Assembly: GCA_002069815.1 (NCBI GenBank)
Contig: MWCB01000002.1
Location: 4,716-68,715 of the forward strand
From: Tenericutes bacterium ADurb.Bin239
GTDB lineage: Bacteria; Bacillota_I; Bacilli_A; RFN20; CAG-826
DNA: 64,000 nucleotides
Reading direction: 5' to 3'
Shown here: positions 1 to 10,265 of the stretch, in pieces
Numbering within the stretch: position 1 is the stretch's first letter
Layout of the letters: every line of letters starts with the position of its first letter
Translations under genes and position numbers: made by a program
The notes under the pieces: generated by a model
Told to the model about the DNA's origin: nothing
Databases searched by the model: none
Seen by the model: only the letters and a program-made list of their open reading frames with translations

Positions 1-461
1 ATTATATGATTTCTAATAATTATGATTTTTCTAGTACAGATTATGGAATAATTAATGAAGCTGGCGAAAAATTGGGTAAATATATTACTGCTCCTAAAAA
101 AATAACACATAAAAAATTTCGTAAGATTAGTTGGGTAGGTTGTTTAACAGTAATGTATAAAAGAAGCATTTTTCCAGACCTTTCTATTCCTGATAGCATT
201 AAAAAAAGGAATGATTATGCCTTATGGTTAAAATTATCAGAAAAAGCGAATTGTTACCATATGAAAGAAATTACTGCCTGTTATCGAAAGAGAGGTGGTT
301 CAATTTCCTCTGGAAGCAAAATAAAGTTATTTAAGTATCATATTGCATTATTTGAAAAACTGTATGGATACAATAATTTTAGAGCATTTTTAATGGCATC
401 AAGGAATACGATTTATTATTTTTGGAAAGTTTTTGCATACACAAAGAAAGAAAAAGCGTAA
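1..461 (+). CDS. glycosyltransferase family 2, C-terminal part (5' end outside window)
   Basis: The ORF is open to the window edge. Its C-terminal region (KRNDYALWLKLSEKANCYHMKEITACYRKRGGSIS) looks GT2 TagX/EpsJ-like, and it sits in a polysaccharide locus. Confidence 0.5.
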   Translation, partial: YMISNNYDFSSTDYGIINEAGEKLGKYITAPKKITHKKFRKISWVGCLTVMYKRSIFPDLSIPDSIKKRNDYALWLKLSEKANCYHMKEITACYRKRGGSISSGSKIKLFKYHIALFEKLYGYNNFRAFLMASRNTIYYFWKVFAYTKKEKA

Positions 462-484
462 TAGAAAGAAGAGTTATTTGATTT

Positions 485-1399
485 ATGGCAAGTTTAACAA
501 GATGGAAAATTTGGTTTAAGATGATGATTGGCAAAAGTGAACTCCATGTTAATCAACCATTAGGTAAATTTATCTCAGTTGATGAAATAAAAGGTTATTA
601 TAACGATTTTACTAATAAAGTCTTATTTGATAAAAAAACTGAAAAAATCGTTGATTATATTCCTCTTTTCACCAATGATGATGGCAAAAAAGTGGTTTTT
701 CCTATCACAGTGATCCAATATGCTCTGGGTTGTTATGAATTATTTTTAGAAACCAATGATGATGTTTATCTTAAAAAAATGATTCATTGTTCCGAATATG
801 TCTTATCTTTAATAAACGCGGATGGTTCTATTTCTTGTATGTATTTTTTCAAAGATATTTCTAACCCATATTCAGCTATGTGTCAGGGTGAATGTGTTTC
901 GTTGCTTGCCAGAGCTTATTTAGAAACGAATGATAAAAGATTTTTTGACGGTGCGCTAAAAGCCTTTAATTTCTTAATTAATGAAGATCATAATCAAGCT
1001 GTTGTCAAAACATTTAGAAATTTAAAATATTGTCTTTATGAATTTCCCGACAAAACGATAGTCTTAAACGGCTATATTTATGCTCTTTTCGGAGTTTATG
1101 ATGCATATTTACTTTTTAAAAATCCTGAAATTAAAAAAATCTTTGATATTTCATCTGCTTCTTTACTCAGTATTATAGATGATTTTGATTATAACAAATG
1201 GTCCTTCTATGATCTTGCTGGAAATGTTTCTAGTAAATTTTATCATAAATTACACGTAGTATTATTACCAGCTTTAAATCTAATTTGTAATAATAAATTT
1301 AAATATTGGGAAACTCGATGGTATGAAGGCTTAAAAGACAAGCGATTATCAAGAAAAATGTTTTGGAAAAAAGTAAAACAAAAATTAATAAGAAAGTAA
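485..1399 (+). CDS. hypothetical protein of polysaccharide locus (possibly alpha/alpha-barrel, C5-epimerase-like; unverified)
   Basis: A 304-aa ORF lying between the GT2 and GT4 genes on the same strand. I recognise no diagnostic motif. Confidence 0.35.
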   Translation: MASLTRWKIWFKMMIGKSELHVNQPLGKFISVDEIKGYYNDFTNKVLFDKKTEKIVDYIPLFTNDDGKKVVFPITVIQYALGCYELFLETNDDVYLKKMIHCSEYVLSLINADGSISCMYFFKDISNPYSAMCQGECVSLLARAYLETNDKRFFDGALKAFNFLINEDHNQAVVKTFRNLKYCLYEFPDKTIVLNGYIYALFGVYDAYLLFKNPEIKKIFDISSASLLSIIDDFDYNKWSFYDLAGNVSSKFYHKLHVVLLPALNLICNNKFKYWETRWYEGLKDKRLSRKMFWKKVKQKLIRK

Positions 1400-1680
1400 A
1401 ACAAATTCAAATACTTTATTTAATAAGACAATTTTATTAACTATCCTGTCAGCAATTTAACAGAATGTTTTGTAAATAATTACAAATGTTATTATAATGT
1501 GTTGAGAAAAAACAATGAAAGCACTGTATAGAGGAAAGTATATTGTTATTAAATGGATGTGTTCTTTTTTAATTTGTTTAGTATAAATAAATCCTTGAAT
1601 TATAAAACAGTGTTATTTTTCTGACCATAACTGTAGTCGATGTTTCGAGAAAACATAGACATAAAGGAGAGATTATTATA

Positions 1681-2772
1681 ATGAATATATGTTTTTGTAG
1701 TAGTGCAATGATAGCTGGTGGCGCAGAAAAAGTAATCGCCTCATTAGCAAACTATTTTGTAAAATTAGGGCATAAAGTAACTATTTTAATGGTTGCTGGC
1801 ACAAAAAAAGAATCATTTTATACACTTTCAGAAGATATAAATTTAATAGCACTATGCGAGGGAAAAAAGAAGGCATCTAGACCAATAAAACGAGTCATAC
1901 TTTTAAGGAAAGCCCTAAAATCATTAAATCCCGACATTGCAATTTCTTTCCTGTATCACGCTAGTATTTATAGTTATTTTGCTTTATTAGGAACAAGAAT
2001 TCCTCTTTTAGTGTCGGAACGAAATAATCCAAAAAAAGTTCCAAGTAATTTTCTTATAAGATTATTGAGAAATTATGTATTTAAAAATGCTAGTGGTATT
2101 GTTTTTCAGTTGGATGAAGCCAAACAATATTTTAATGGAAAATATCGGAGAGGTGAAGTTATTAGTAATCCTGTTATTTTAAATTACCACCCAGTAGATT
2201 CTTTAATTAGTAGAAAAAAGAAAATTATTTACGTTGGAAGTGACAAAAAAGAAAAAAACAGAAAACTCCTATATGATGTTTTTTCAATTTTTTACAAAAA
2301 CAATCCCGATTATATACTTGAAGTATATGGTATTGATAGTTTTGACGCAGACAAGGAACATTTGAAAAAAAATGGTATTGTTGATTCAGTAAAATATTGT
2401 GGTTTTGTGGAAAATTGGCATGCACTAGCATTTGATGCAACAGCATTTATATTAACATCTGATTTTGAAGGAATGCCCAACGCGCTTTTGGAAGCACATA
2501 CACTCGGAATACCCTGCATATCGACAGATTGTCCTCCTGGCGGGCCGCGTGAAATATTAGAAAATGGTGATGGCGGAATTTTGGTGGGAGTTGGTGATGC
2601 AAAAAAAATGGCTATGGAACTTGAACGACTTGCTGCTGACATAAAATTACAAAGAAAATTTTCAAAAAAAGGTATGGATAATCGGACCAAATATAACGTT
2701 GAGGCAATTGGAGACAAATGGCTAGCACTTATTGAAGAAATAATAAAAAATAAAATTTCTACTAAAGGATAA
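1681..2772 (+). CDS. glycosyltransferase family 4 (GT-B, retaining)
   Basis: The C-terminal motif EGMPNALLEAHTLGIPCISTDCPPGGPREIL is the GT4 E-x7-E signature. An AGGAGA RBS lies just before the ATG at 1681. Confidence 0.8.
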   Translation: MNICFCSSAMIAGGAEKVIASLANYFVKLGHKVTILMVAGTKKESFYTLSEDINLIALCEGKKKASRPIKRVILLRKALKSLNPDIAISFLYHASIYSYFALLGTRIPLLVSERNNPKKVPSNFLIRLLRNYVFKNASGIVFQLDEAKQYFNGKYRRGEVISNPVILNYHPVDSLISRKKKIIYVGSDKKEKNRKLLYDVFSIFYKNNPDYILEVYGIDSFDADKEHLKKNGIVDSVKYCGFVENWHALAFDATAFILTSDFEGMPNALLEAHTLGIPCISTDCPPGGPREILENGDGGILVGVGDAKKMAMELERLAADIKLQRKFSKKGMDNRTKYNVEAIGDKWLALIEEIIKNKISTKG

Positions 2773-2792
2773 AATTAACTATTATATATTGA

Positions 2793-3755
2793 TTAATGAT
2801 TTAAATTGATAGTCATCTTTGAACCAATTAATTCATCAAAGTTTTTCGGGTGTTTAAATCTAAGATATCCTCCCCAGTGAAAAAAAGTGGTTTCTCCAAA
2901 ATATATATTGTTGTTTATGGTATATAAATCAACACGTAAGAAAGGAAAACCATTTGCAATTTTTTTACTAATTTCGATCATTTTTGAGATATTATGTGGC
3001 AATTCAGGAATATTTTCTGCTGGTGGTTCAACCTCCCAAATGTCTAGCGGTTCTAATTTTTCATTAAAAAAATTGATTCTTTCACTTTCAGCTTTATTTG
3101 AATTCACGTGGAAAACAATCAATTCTCCATAATTCATTAGAAATTTATAGTCACGTAAATCTGTTGTATCTAGATATTCTTCCACTAATATTCTGGGTTT
3201 GATTTCTTTGTAATTCCATTCTAATAATTGATAATAGTAATTTATTTTAAGCAATTCATTCAGTATTTTTTGCATTGTTTTAAATCTTATTTTTTTGTGC
3301 GTTCGATCTTTTAAATTTTCAATTTCGTATTTTTTATTAGATTTTTTGTGGATAAAAAAAATATAGCCCGAATTATGATTACATTTTATTATTGATTTAT
3401 TAGGGAGATTTTGTAATGAAATTTGTTTGGCGTTATCAAAAACAGCATATGTTTTCGGGAAGTTTATCTCATCCCCCAATAATTTTTTAATATAATCTTT
3501 GACCAGCACTTTATCAGACATTATTGTTGATTCAGATTTATGAAAATACAATTTTTGCCATAGTAAAATTTCTGAAAATCTAGTCGGATTATTCAAATTT
3601 GGTTTTCTTTTGTAATAGTCTTCATATTCTTTTACTAATAGTTTTGAAATATTAGAAGATTCTATTTTTTTTCGCCTTTTTTTATTAATTCTAACAAGCT
3701 TTTTAACAATAAATAAATGTGTCAAATCAAATTTTTTAAGTATTTTTTTAAACAT
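2793..3755 (-). CDS. TupA-like ATP-grasp family protein
   Basis: Contains KCNHNSGYIFFIHKK and FPFLRVDLYTINNNIYFGETTFFHWGG. These resemble the RVDLY...GKIYFGE.TF core of TupA-like ATP-grasp proteins found in teichuronic and capsule loci. Confidence 0.5.
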   Translation of the reverse strand: MFKKILKKFDLTHLFIVKKLVRINKKRRKKIESSNISKLLVKEYEDYYKRKPNLNNPTRFSEILLWQKLYFHKSESTIMSDKVLVKDYIKKLLGDEINFPKTYAVFDNAKQISLQNLPNKSIIKCNHNSGYIFFIHKKSNKKYEIENLKDRTHKKIRFKTMQKILNELLKINYYYQLLEWNYKEIKPRILVEEYLDTTDLRDYKFLMNYGELIVFHVNSNKAESERINFFNEKLEPLDIWEVEPPAENIPELPHNISKMIEISKKIANGFPFLRVDLYTINNNIYFGETTFFHWGGYLRFKHPKNFDELIGSKMTINLNH

Positions 3756-4067
3756 ATATTGTCTCCTGTTTTATTTTTGCATAAAATACCAAACAATGAG
3801 AATTAGTTTTGTTAGCGAACACAATAACATAAATAAAAGTCAGGCGCTCATCGTAACAAAGCAAACATATAGAACATTTAAAAAGTAATTATGAAGTTTG
3901 CAAATATAGTATACACCATAACGAAAATAAGGAGACTTCATAACTTTTTTTGGTGCTTCAAACACATTTTTGAACGATTTTTGCCTATTGAATACAACAA
4001 AATAGGCGATATTTTGTAAATGATTAATATTTTTATTATAATGGTTAGCGTGGAATAACTTGAAAGT

Positions 4068-5288
4068 ATGAGAATAACGTTTAAAAAAATTAATGTTGGG
4101 TTGTTTGGTACATACATTATGGTTATGTACTTGTTTGATTTAAATATTAATACACTGTGGATATCAAAAGTCGTTTTTTTAATGTTTGCAATCTCAACCT
4201 TGATTTCGTTGTTTATAGCAAAAAAAGTAACTCTCAATTTATTTTTTTGGTTATTTGGTTTATTTGTATTTTATTCAGCAATAAGTATTTTCTGGGCCGT
4301 TGAATCTAATTTAGCGTTGAAGATGACATTAACATTATTTCAGTTATTAATTCTTGGGTTTTGTGTTACCCAAACATTTGATAAAGAAAATATAGAAATT
4401 ATACCCCATTTCTTCGCTCTGGCGGGAGCGTTGCTTTTTTTATATTCGTTATATATCTATGGAATTAAAGATTTTTTTGTCAGTATAATCAACTCAAAAC
4501 GGCTAGGCGCACAAATTAGCCAAGAAAATATTTATGGTTTTCAATCGGCAATTTCAATTGTTGCAGCACTATATTTAATGTTTTTTAAAAAGAAATACAT
4601 TTATGTGTTGGTTTGCCTTGCTTTATTGTTCGTAATCGCCGCTAGCGGATCAAAGTCTGCCTTGTTGATTGTACCAATTGGTTTCATAATTGTTATATTG
4701 TTAAAATATGGCGTTAATAGGAAAGTAATATTATTTTTTATTCTTTTAATTGTTTTCAGTATCGCATTACTTAATACGCCAATTTTTAAAGGTGTAATTC
4801 ACAGAATACAAAAAATGTTAGAAGTTTTGTTGTACGGCAATACAGCCCAAGACGGTTCAACAACAAAAAGGTTAGAATTTATTATAGAAGGAATCGTTTT
4901 ATTTTTTAAAAAACCGCTTTTCGGTTATGGAGCTGATAACTTCAGAGTTATCATCGCTCCCATTTTAGGAGTTTCAACATATTCCCACAATAATTACATT
5001 GAATTACTTGTCAATGGTGGAATAATTGGTTTTCTATTATTTTATTTTTCATATTTTGTATTGATATTGGAAGCATTTTCTAAAAAATTAGATAAGTTTT
5101 TACTTATAATAATGATATTATTTTTGATTGCTGACATGGCAACTGTTTCGTTATATTCAAAAATATTCGTAATTTTTCTATCTTTAGGATTTTCCTCTCT
5201 TGAAGGAGCAAATAACGAAACAGTCGAAGTTAAAAAATATTCAACAAAATATAAAAAAAGCATGATTTCTACGCCAATACTAGGGTAG
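4068..5288 (+). CDS. wzy: O-antigen polymerase/ligase family membrane protein (Wzy-like)
   Basis: Roughly 10-12 predicted TM helices with a large periplasmic loop. The NYIELLVNGGIIGF region is Wzy_C-like. The gene sits next to a Wzx gene. Confidence 0.6.
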   Translation: MRITFKKINVGLFGTYIMVMYLFDLNINTLWISKVVFLMFAISTLISLFIAKKVTLNLFFWLFGLFVFYSAISIFWAVESNLALKMTLTLFQLLILGFCVTQTFDKENIEIIPHFFALAGALLFLYSLYIYGIKDFFVSIINSKRLGAQISQENIYGFQSAISIVAALYLMFFKKKYIYVLVCLALLFVIAASGSKSALLIVPIGFIIVILLKYGVNRKVILFFILLIVFSIALLNTPIFKGVIHRIQKMLEVLLYGNTAQDGSTTKRLEFIIEGIVLFFKKPLFGYGADNFRVIIAPILGVSTYSHNNYIELLVNGGIIGFLLFYFSYFVLILEAFSKKLDKFLLIIMILFLIADMATVSLYSKIFVIFLSLGFSSLEGANNETVEVKKYSTKYKKSMISTPILG

Positions 5289-5552
5289 TAGGAACTAAAG
5301 AAGTAATTGAATATTTTATTAACAGATAACGGTACCGCTTGATAAAATCATATATTAAAAAAGACAAGAAGAAAGAATAGAAAAATATATAGAATCATAA
5401 AGTGTTTTTAAAGTTCTCCCACTTTCAATAAATGAGCATTTAATAATAACGAAAAACATAAAGTTTATTGAATAGGTATTTTACCTTGTTGCTTTACCAC
5501 ATTCATGCGTAGTGATACAATTATGTTCGAATAATTAAAAGGTGATTTATAA

Positions 5553-6419
5553 ATGGCTAAAAATGACATTCTAAAATTAAACAAACAACAAAGTGATATT
5601 AAAAAGAAACTCAAAAAATTACAGAGTATTCAACTAGAAATATTGCAATATTTTGATACTGTTGCGAAGGAAAATGATATTACATATTATTTAGCTTTTG
5701 GCACGCTGCTCGGTGCAATTCGACACAAAGGCTTCATTCCTTGGGATACAGATATCGATGTTACACTGACTCGAGACGAATATGAAAAAATAATTAAAAT
5801 TTTGCGTGATAGGGAAGAAAATGAAAGTTTCTTCGTGAGATCTTCTGGTGAAAAAAATCATTTTTGTACTCACGCACTATTATATTGTAAAAACACTGAA
5901 CTTATAAACAACAATAACAAAAGAAAAAAAATACGGAGAGAAGTTTATATTGATTTATTTCCGCTTGATAGAATTCCCGATGATGATAAATTATGGAAAA
6001 AACATTTGCAAAGAGTTACCAAAATTGCAAAAGCTACAGATATAAAGAAACCAGTGTATCACAAGAAGGGAAGATTATATAAATTTCTTAAATATGCACG
6101 TTCATATTTGTACTTTTATATATCTATTGAAAAACTCTTTAAAAAATTTGATAAAGAGGTACAGCGATATAATGATCAAAAATCCAAGCGTTATGCGCAA
6201 TTAACGAGTCCATATAGACATGTGCCCCTAAATACTGAATATTTCGGCGAACCAAAATATGTTCAATTTGAAAATATTATGGCCCCCATACCACAAAACA
6301 CCAAATTAATTTTAGAAGCAAATTATGGCGATTTCATGAAACTTCCATCACTTGAAGAACAGGAAGAACAATTATCGAAATATTTCGAGGTATATGATTA
6401 TAGGGACACAAATGAATAA
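5553..6419 (+). CDS. licD: LicD-family phosphotransferase (phosphocholine/phosphonate transferase to glycan)
   Basis: YYLAFGTLLGAIRHKGFIPWDTDIDVTL matches the LicD/fukutin nucleotidyltransferase-fold motif, including its DxD. An AAAGGTGA RBS precedes the start. Confidence 0.7.
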   Translation: MAKNDILKLNKQQSDIKKKLKKLQSIQLEILQYFDTVAKENDITYYLAFGTLLGAIRHKGFIPWDTDIDVTLTRDEYEKIIKILRDREENESFFVRSSGEKNHFCTHALLYCKNTELINNNNKRKKIRREVYIDLFPLDRIPDDDKLWKKHLQRVTKIAKATDIKKPVYHKKGRLYKFLKYARSYLYFYISIEKLFKKFDKEVQRYNDQKSKRYAQLTSPYRHVPLNTEYFGEPKYVQFENIMAPIPQNTKLILEANYGDFMKLPSLEEQEEQLSKYFEVYDYRDTNE

Positions 6420-7938
6420 ACACTCCAAAAAGAAAGCCGTTATTATTTCATACATTGCTACTATTCTTAATTATGCAGCAATGTTTTTCGTTGTTCCTAT
6501 AACGATTAGAATGTTAGGAAAGCAAGAATTTGGCTTGTATAGTTTAGTTAATTCTGTTGTTGGCTACCTAGCTCTTCTGAGTTTGGGTCTTGGCAGTGCT
6601 TATATTCGCTTTTATTTTCGCGCAAAAACTGACAAGCACTCATATAAAGTTGAAAATCTAAACGGGATGTATTTTTTATCATATGTAATTATTGCTTTTG
6701 CGGTAATTATTTTGGGTGTTATTTTTATTATATTTTCCGAAAATATTTTTGGTCCTAAATTAACAATAGAAGAGCATCAAACCGCCAAGGTTCTATTAGC
6801 AATTTTAATATTTAATTTAGCAACCACGTTTCTCTTTTCTATTTTTTGGTCATATACACGAGCAATAGAACATTTTGTGACTTTGGAAATAGCAAATTTG
6901 CTTAAAGTTGTTTTAGGACCCGCAGTTACTATTCCCTTGCTTCTTTTGGGATTTGGCAGTGTAGGATTTGTTGCTGGTACAACCGCAATCACTACATTAA
7001 TTGAAATCTCTGTGATGATATATGCTATTAAAAAAGGGCGAATTACTTTCAAATTTAATTATTTCGACAAAGTTTTATTAAAAGAAATTGTCGTTTACTC
7101 ATTGTTTATTTTTGGTTTTCAATTATTAGATCAAATTAATAATGGTGTTGATAATTTAATACTCGGATGGACGGGAGGAACCGAAGTTGTTTCTATATAT
7201 GCAGTGGGAGCAACAATTGCATATGTTATTTTATCCTTACCAAATGGAATAAAAGGGGTTATAGTTCCAGAAATCAATAAAATTTCTTCTAACGATGAAA
7301 ATAAATTAGAAAAAATTAGTTTATTGCAAACTCGTTATGGAAGAATAATATTTATGATTTTAGCGTTAGTACTTTTAGGTTTTGTACTTTTAGGTTTACC
7401 ATTTCTTGATTTATGGGCTGGTGTTGGATTTAGTGATTCATATCTAATCGTAATTTTGTTGGTTTTAGCTAGGTTAATTAATTACTCATTGGTAGTTAGT
7501 TCCGAATTTATTAGAGCGGAGAATAGACACAAAACTAGACTTACCATCTATGCCATAACGATATTACTCAATGTAATAGTTTCTATTCCGCTGGCAATTT
7601 GGCTGGGACCAGTTGGTGCTGCTATAGGTACTGCTTTCACATACACTATTTATACAATATTTCTATATTTTTACTATATTCGTAAAATAGGGTTGAATTT
7701 AAACATCTTGTTGAAGCAACTTATAAAAATGGCAGTAATTTATGTTCTTGTATTTACACCATTTTATGTTGCAACCTTCTTTGTGCAAATGAAAAACATA
7801 ATGATTTTTTTAGCAATTGGTGGAGGATTTACTTCAATATTTTTAATAGTAAATTATTTATTTGTTATGAATGAATATGAACGCGGAATAATCAAAACTC
7901 TACTTAGAATAAAAAGGAAAACACACTCACAATCTTAA
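6412..7938 (+). CDS. wzx: polysaccharide flippase Wzx (MOP superfamily)
   Basis: About 12 TM segments with a Wzx-like N-terminus, MNKHSKKKAVIISYIATILNYAAMFFVVPI. I chose the ATG at 6412, which has an AGGGA RBS, over the track start at 6352. This start overlaps the licD stop. Confidence 0.7.
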   Translation: MNKHSKKKAVIISYIATILNYAAMFFVVPITIRMLGKQEFGLYSLVNSVVGYLALLSLGLGSAYIRFYFRAKTDKHSYKVENLNGMYFLSYVIIAFAVIILGVIFIIFSENIFGPKLTIEEHQTAKVLLAILIFNLATTFLFSIFWSYTRAIEHFVTLEIANLLKVVLGPAVTIPLLLLGFGSVGFVAGTTAITTLIEISVMIYAIKKGRITFKFNYFDKVLLKEIVVYSLFIFGFQLLDQINNGVDNLILGWTGGTEVVSIYAVGATIAYVILSLPNGIKGVIVPEINKISSNDENKLEKISLLQTRYGRIIFMILALVLLGFVLLGLPFLDLWAGVGFSDSYLIVILLVLARLINYSLVVSSEFIRAENRHKTRLTIYAITILLNVIVSIPLAIWLGPVGAAIGTAFTYTIYTIFLYFYYIRKIGLNLNILLKQLIKMAVIYVLVFTPFYVATFFVQMKNIMIFLAIGGGFTSIFLIVNYLFVMNEYERGIIKTLLRIKRKTHSQS

Positions 7939-8033
7939 TTTAGAAAAAAGAGTTGTTTTAAAAAGATTATATTTATTTAACATCAGAAAATAGCAATATG
8001 TAGAAAATTCCAGCAGATAAAAATTAACAGAAG

Positions 8034-9152
8034 TTATTTTCTCCATGTTTTAATATTAATGATCTGAGCGTAACTTTGAATAATTTTAACTACTTTAGTG
8101 GAAACATTTAAAGTTTGATAATCTTTATTAAATGTTATTTTTTCATTTTTTAAAGCTAACGCTAAATTAATTGATTGTATAATATTTTTTGTAGTAATTC
8201 CGCCGATAATGATACTTCCGAAATCTAGCGCTTCAGGTCTTTCAGTTGAAGTTCTAATGAGAATTCCAGGAAAATTAAGCATTGCGCTTTCCTCACTTAA
8301 AGTTCCAGAATCACTTAGCACACAAAACGATTCTTTTTGTAATTTATTATAGTCAAAAAAGCCTAATGGTTTCATTTGTTTTACAAGAGGATGGAATATG
8401 AAGTTTCGTTTTTCAATCCATTTTTTGCTACGCGGGTGCACCGAATAAATAACTGGTAGTTGATATTTTTCTGCGATGTCATTAATTGCAGTCATTAAGT
8501 TGTAGAAGTTATGTTCTAGGTCAATATTCTCTTCACGATGACATGAAACAAGGATATATTTACCTCTTTCTAATTTAAGTTCCGATAGTATTTTACTTTT
8601 TTCGATGTTTTCCGCATACATATGAATGACTTCAGCCATTGGAGAACCAGTTACGAAAATAGTTTTTGGATCAATACCTTCTTCAATAAGATAAAGGCGA
8701 CTATTTTCTGTGTAAGGCAAGTTAATATCAGCTATACTGTCTACAATTCGTCGATTAATCATTTCGCTAACATTCCAGTCCCAGCAACGATTGCCAGCTT
8801 CCATATGGAAAATAGGTACCTTTAATCTTTTTGCGGAGATAGCAGCTAAGGCACTGTTAGTATCGCCAAGAATTAAAACCGCATCAGGCTTTTCTTTAGC
8901 AATAACCTTGAATGACTTGGCAATAATATTACCCATTGTTTCCCCCAAATCTATATCTGCAACTTCTAGAAAATAATCTGGTTTTCTTATGCCTAAGTCA
9001 TTAAAAAAAATTTCATTTAGTTCATAATCATAGTTTTGGCCAGTATTAACCAAAATATGATTGAATACTTCGTCAGCCTTCTTAATAACAGCTGATAAAC
9101 GAATGATTTCAGGTCTTGTTCCTAAAATAGTCATTAATTTTAATTTTGACAT
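8034..9152 (-). CDS. fnlC: UDP-N-acetylglucosamine 2-epimerase (FnlC/CapG/WbjD type)
   Basis: The N-terminus MTILGTRPEIIRLSAVI is typical of non-hydrolysing UDP-GlcNAc 2-epimerases. It is the third gene of a CapE/CapF/CapG-like trio. Confidence 0.75.
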   Translation of the reverse strand: MSKLKLMTILGTRPEIIRLSAVIKKADEVFNHILVNTGQNYDYELNEIFFNDLGIRKPDYFLEVADIDLGETMGNIIAKSFKVIAKEKPDAVLILGDTNSALAAISAKRLKVPIFHMEAGNRCWDWNVSEMINRRIVDSIADINLPYTENSRLYLIEEGIDPKTIFVTGSPMAEVIHMYAENIEKSKILSELKLERGKYILVSCHREENIDLEHNFYNLMTAINDIAEKYQLPVIYSVHPRSKKWIEKRNFIFHPLVKQMKPLGFFDYNKLQKESFCVLSDSGTLSEESAMLNFPGILIRTSTERPEALDFGSIIIGGITTKNIIQSINLALALKNEKITFNKDYQTLNVSTKVVKIIQSYAQIINIKTWRK

Positions 9153-9155
9153 AAT

Positions 9156-10265
9156 CTATACCTCCTCATAAATTGTATCGGGATTATTTTTATCAAAAGG
9201 CTCATTACTCCATATAATCACAACCATATCAATTTCACCGATATTTTCAATGTTATGGGTATAGCCAGGCGGAATATCTAAAACTTGAAGTTTATCGCTA
9301 TTTACTTGATATTCAATCGTCTCATCAGTGTGCACCTTACGAAAACGAATAATTCCTTTTCCACATACAACCAGAAACTTTTCAATTTTGCTATGATGCC
9401 AATGGTTACCTTTTGTAACGCCAGGTTTAATAACGTTAATTGAAAGCTGGCCACAATCATTTGTCCTAAGAAATTCAGTAAAAGATCCGCGATTATCTAT
9501 TGTCATTTTTAAATCATATATAAGTTTTTCTTTTGGTAAATAACTTACATAATTAGAATATAATTTTTTTTGGAAGTCATCATCTAATTTAGGAATACTT
9601 AAGTTTTGTCTGCTATGTTTAAAGGAGTAGAGAAGATCTACAATATAACCAAGTTTTACTCTGTAAACAGGTGTGATTTGCCTAAACTTTTGGGATTTCG
9701 AGTCATTTTTATCCAATAAACCAATCAATGCATTAACAACGTCATCAATATAAACAAGCTGAATATCTTGGTTTGAATCATTAATAACAATTGGTAAATC
9801 ACGCGCGATGTTATACGAAAAAGTAGCAACAGCGCTATTGTAGTTAGGTTTTGCCCATTTGCCAAAAACATTATCAAGACGGAAAATGTATATTTTGTTT
9901 CCTGTTTCTTTTTCATAATCAAACATTAAATCTTCAGCAGCTTTTTTACTGATGCCATAAGGATTATTAATCGCAACTTTTGTGGAAGAAGAAATCATTA
10001 TTGGTGATTTGTTATTATGTTTTTTAAGGTTATTTAAAAGTACAGACGTAAAAACATAATTACCTTCCATAAATTCTTTTTCATCCTTTGGTCTATTAAC
10101 TCCCGCGAGATGAAAAACAAAGTCACACTCTTTGGTGAATTTATCTAAGTCTTCTAAAGAGGAATCTATGTCATACGAAAAAATAGTGTAGTTATTATTT
10201 TCTTTTAATCGTTCAATTAAATTCTGAGCAATAAAACCCTTGGAGCCAGTAACCAGTATTTTCAT
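9156..10265 (-). CDS. fnlB: UDP-2-acetamido-2,6-dideoxy-L-talose reductase/epimerase (FnlB/CapF type: SDR + C-terminal cupin)
   Basis: An N-terminal Rossmann motif MKILVTGSKGFIAQNL is followed by a C-terminal cupin-like half (HWHHSKIEKFLVVCGKG). It lies between the FnlA-like and FnlC-like genes. Confidence 0.7.
   Translation of the reverse strand: MKILVTGSKGFIAQNLIERLKENNNYTIFSYDIDSSLEDLDKFTKECDFVFHLAGVNRPKDEKEFMEGNYVFTSVLLNNLKKHNNKSPIMISSSTKVAINNPYGISKKAAEDLMFDYEKETGNKIYIFRLDNVFGKWAKPNYNSAVATFSYNIARDLPIVINDSNQDIQLVYIDDVVNALIGLLDKNDSKSQKFRQITPVYRVKLGYIVDLLYSFKHSRQNLSIPKLDDDFQKKLYSNYVSYLPKEKLIYDLKMTIDNRGSFTEFLRTNDCGQLSINVIKPGVTKGNHWHHSKIEKFLVVCGKGIIRFRKVHTDETIEYQVNSDKLQVLDIPPGYTHNIENIGEIDMVVIIWSNEPFDKNNPDTIYEEV

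Noticed and set aside
2225-2717. Two minus-strand ORFs (73 and 135 aa) inside the GT4 gene
   Set aside because: They lie entirely antisense to a well-supported glycosyltransferase, have low-complexity composition and carry no start-site signals.
6352-6411. Longer N-terminal extension of the Wzx ORF (start at 6352)
   Set aside because: The extension runs entirely inside licD and is hydrophilic. The ATG at 6412 has an RBS and begins at the first TM helix.
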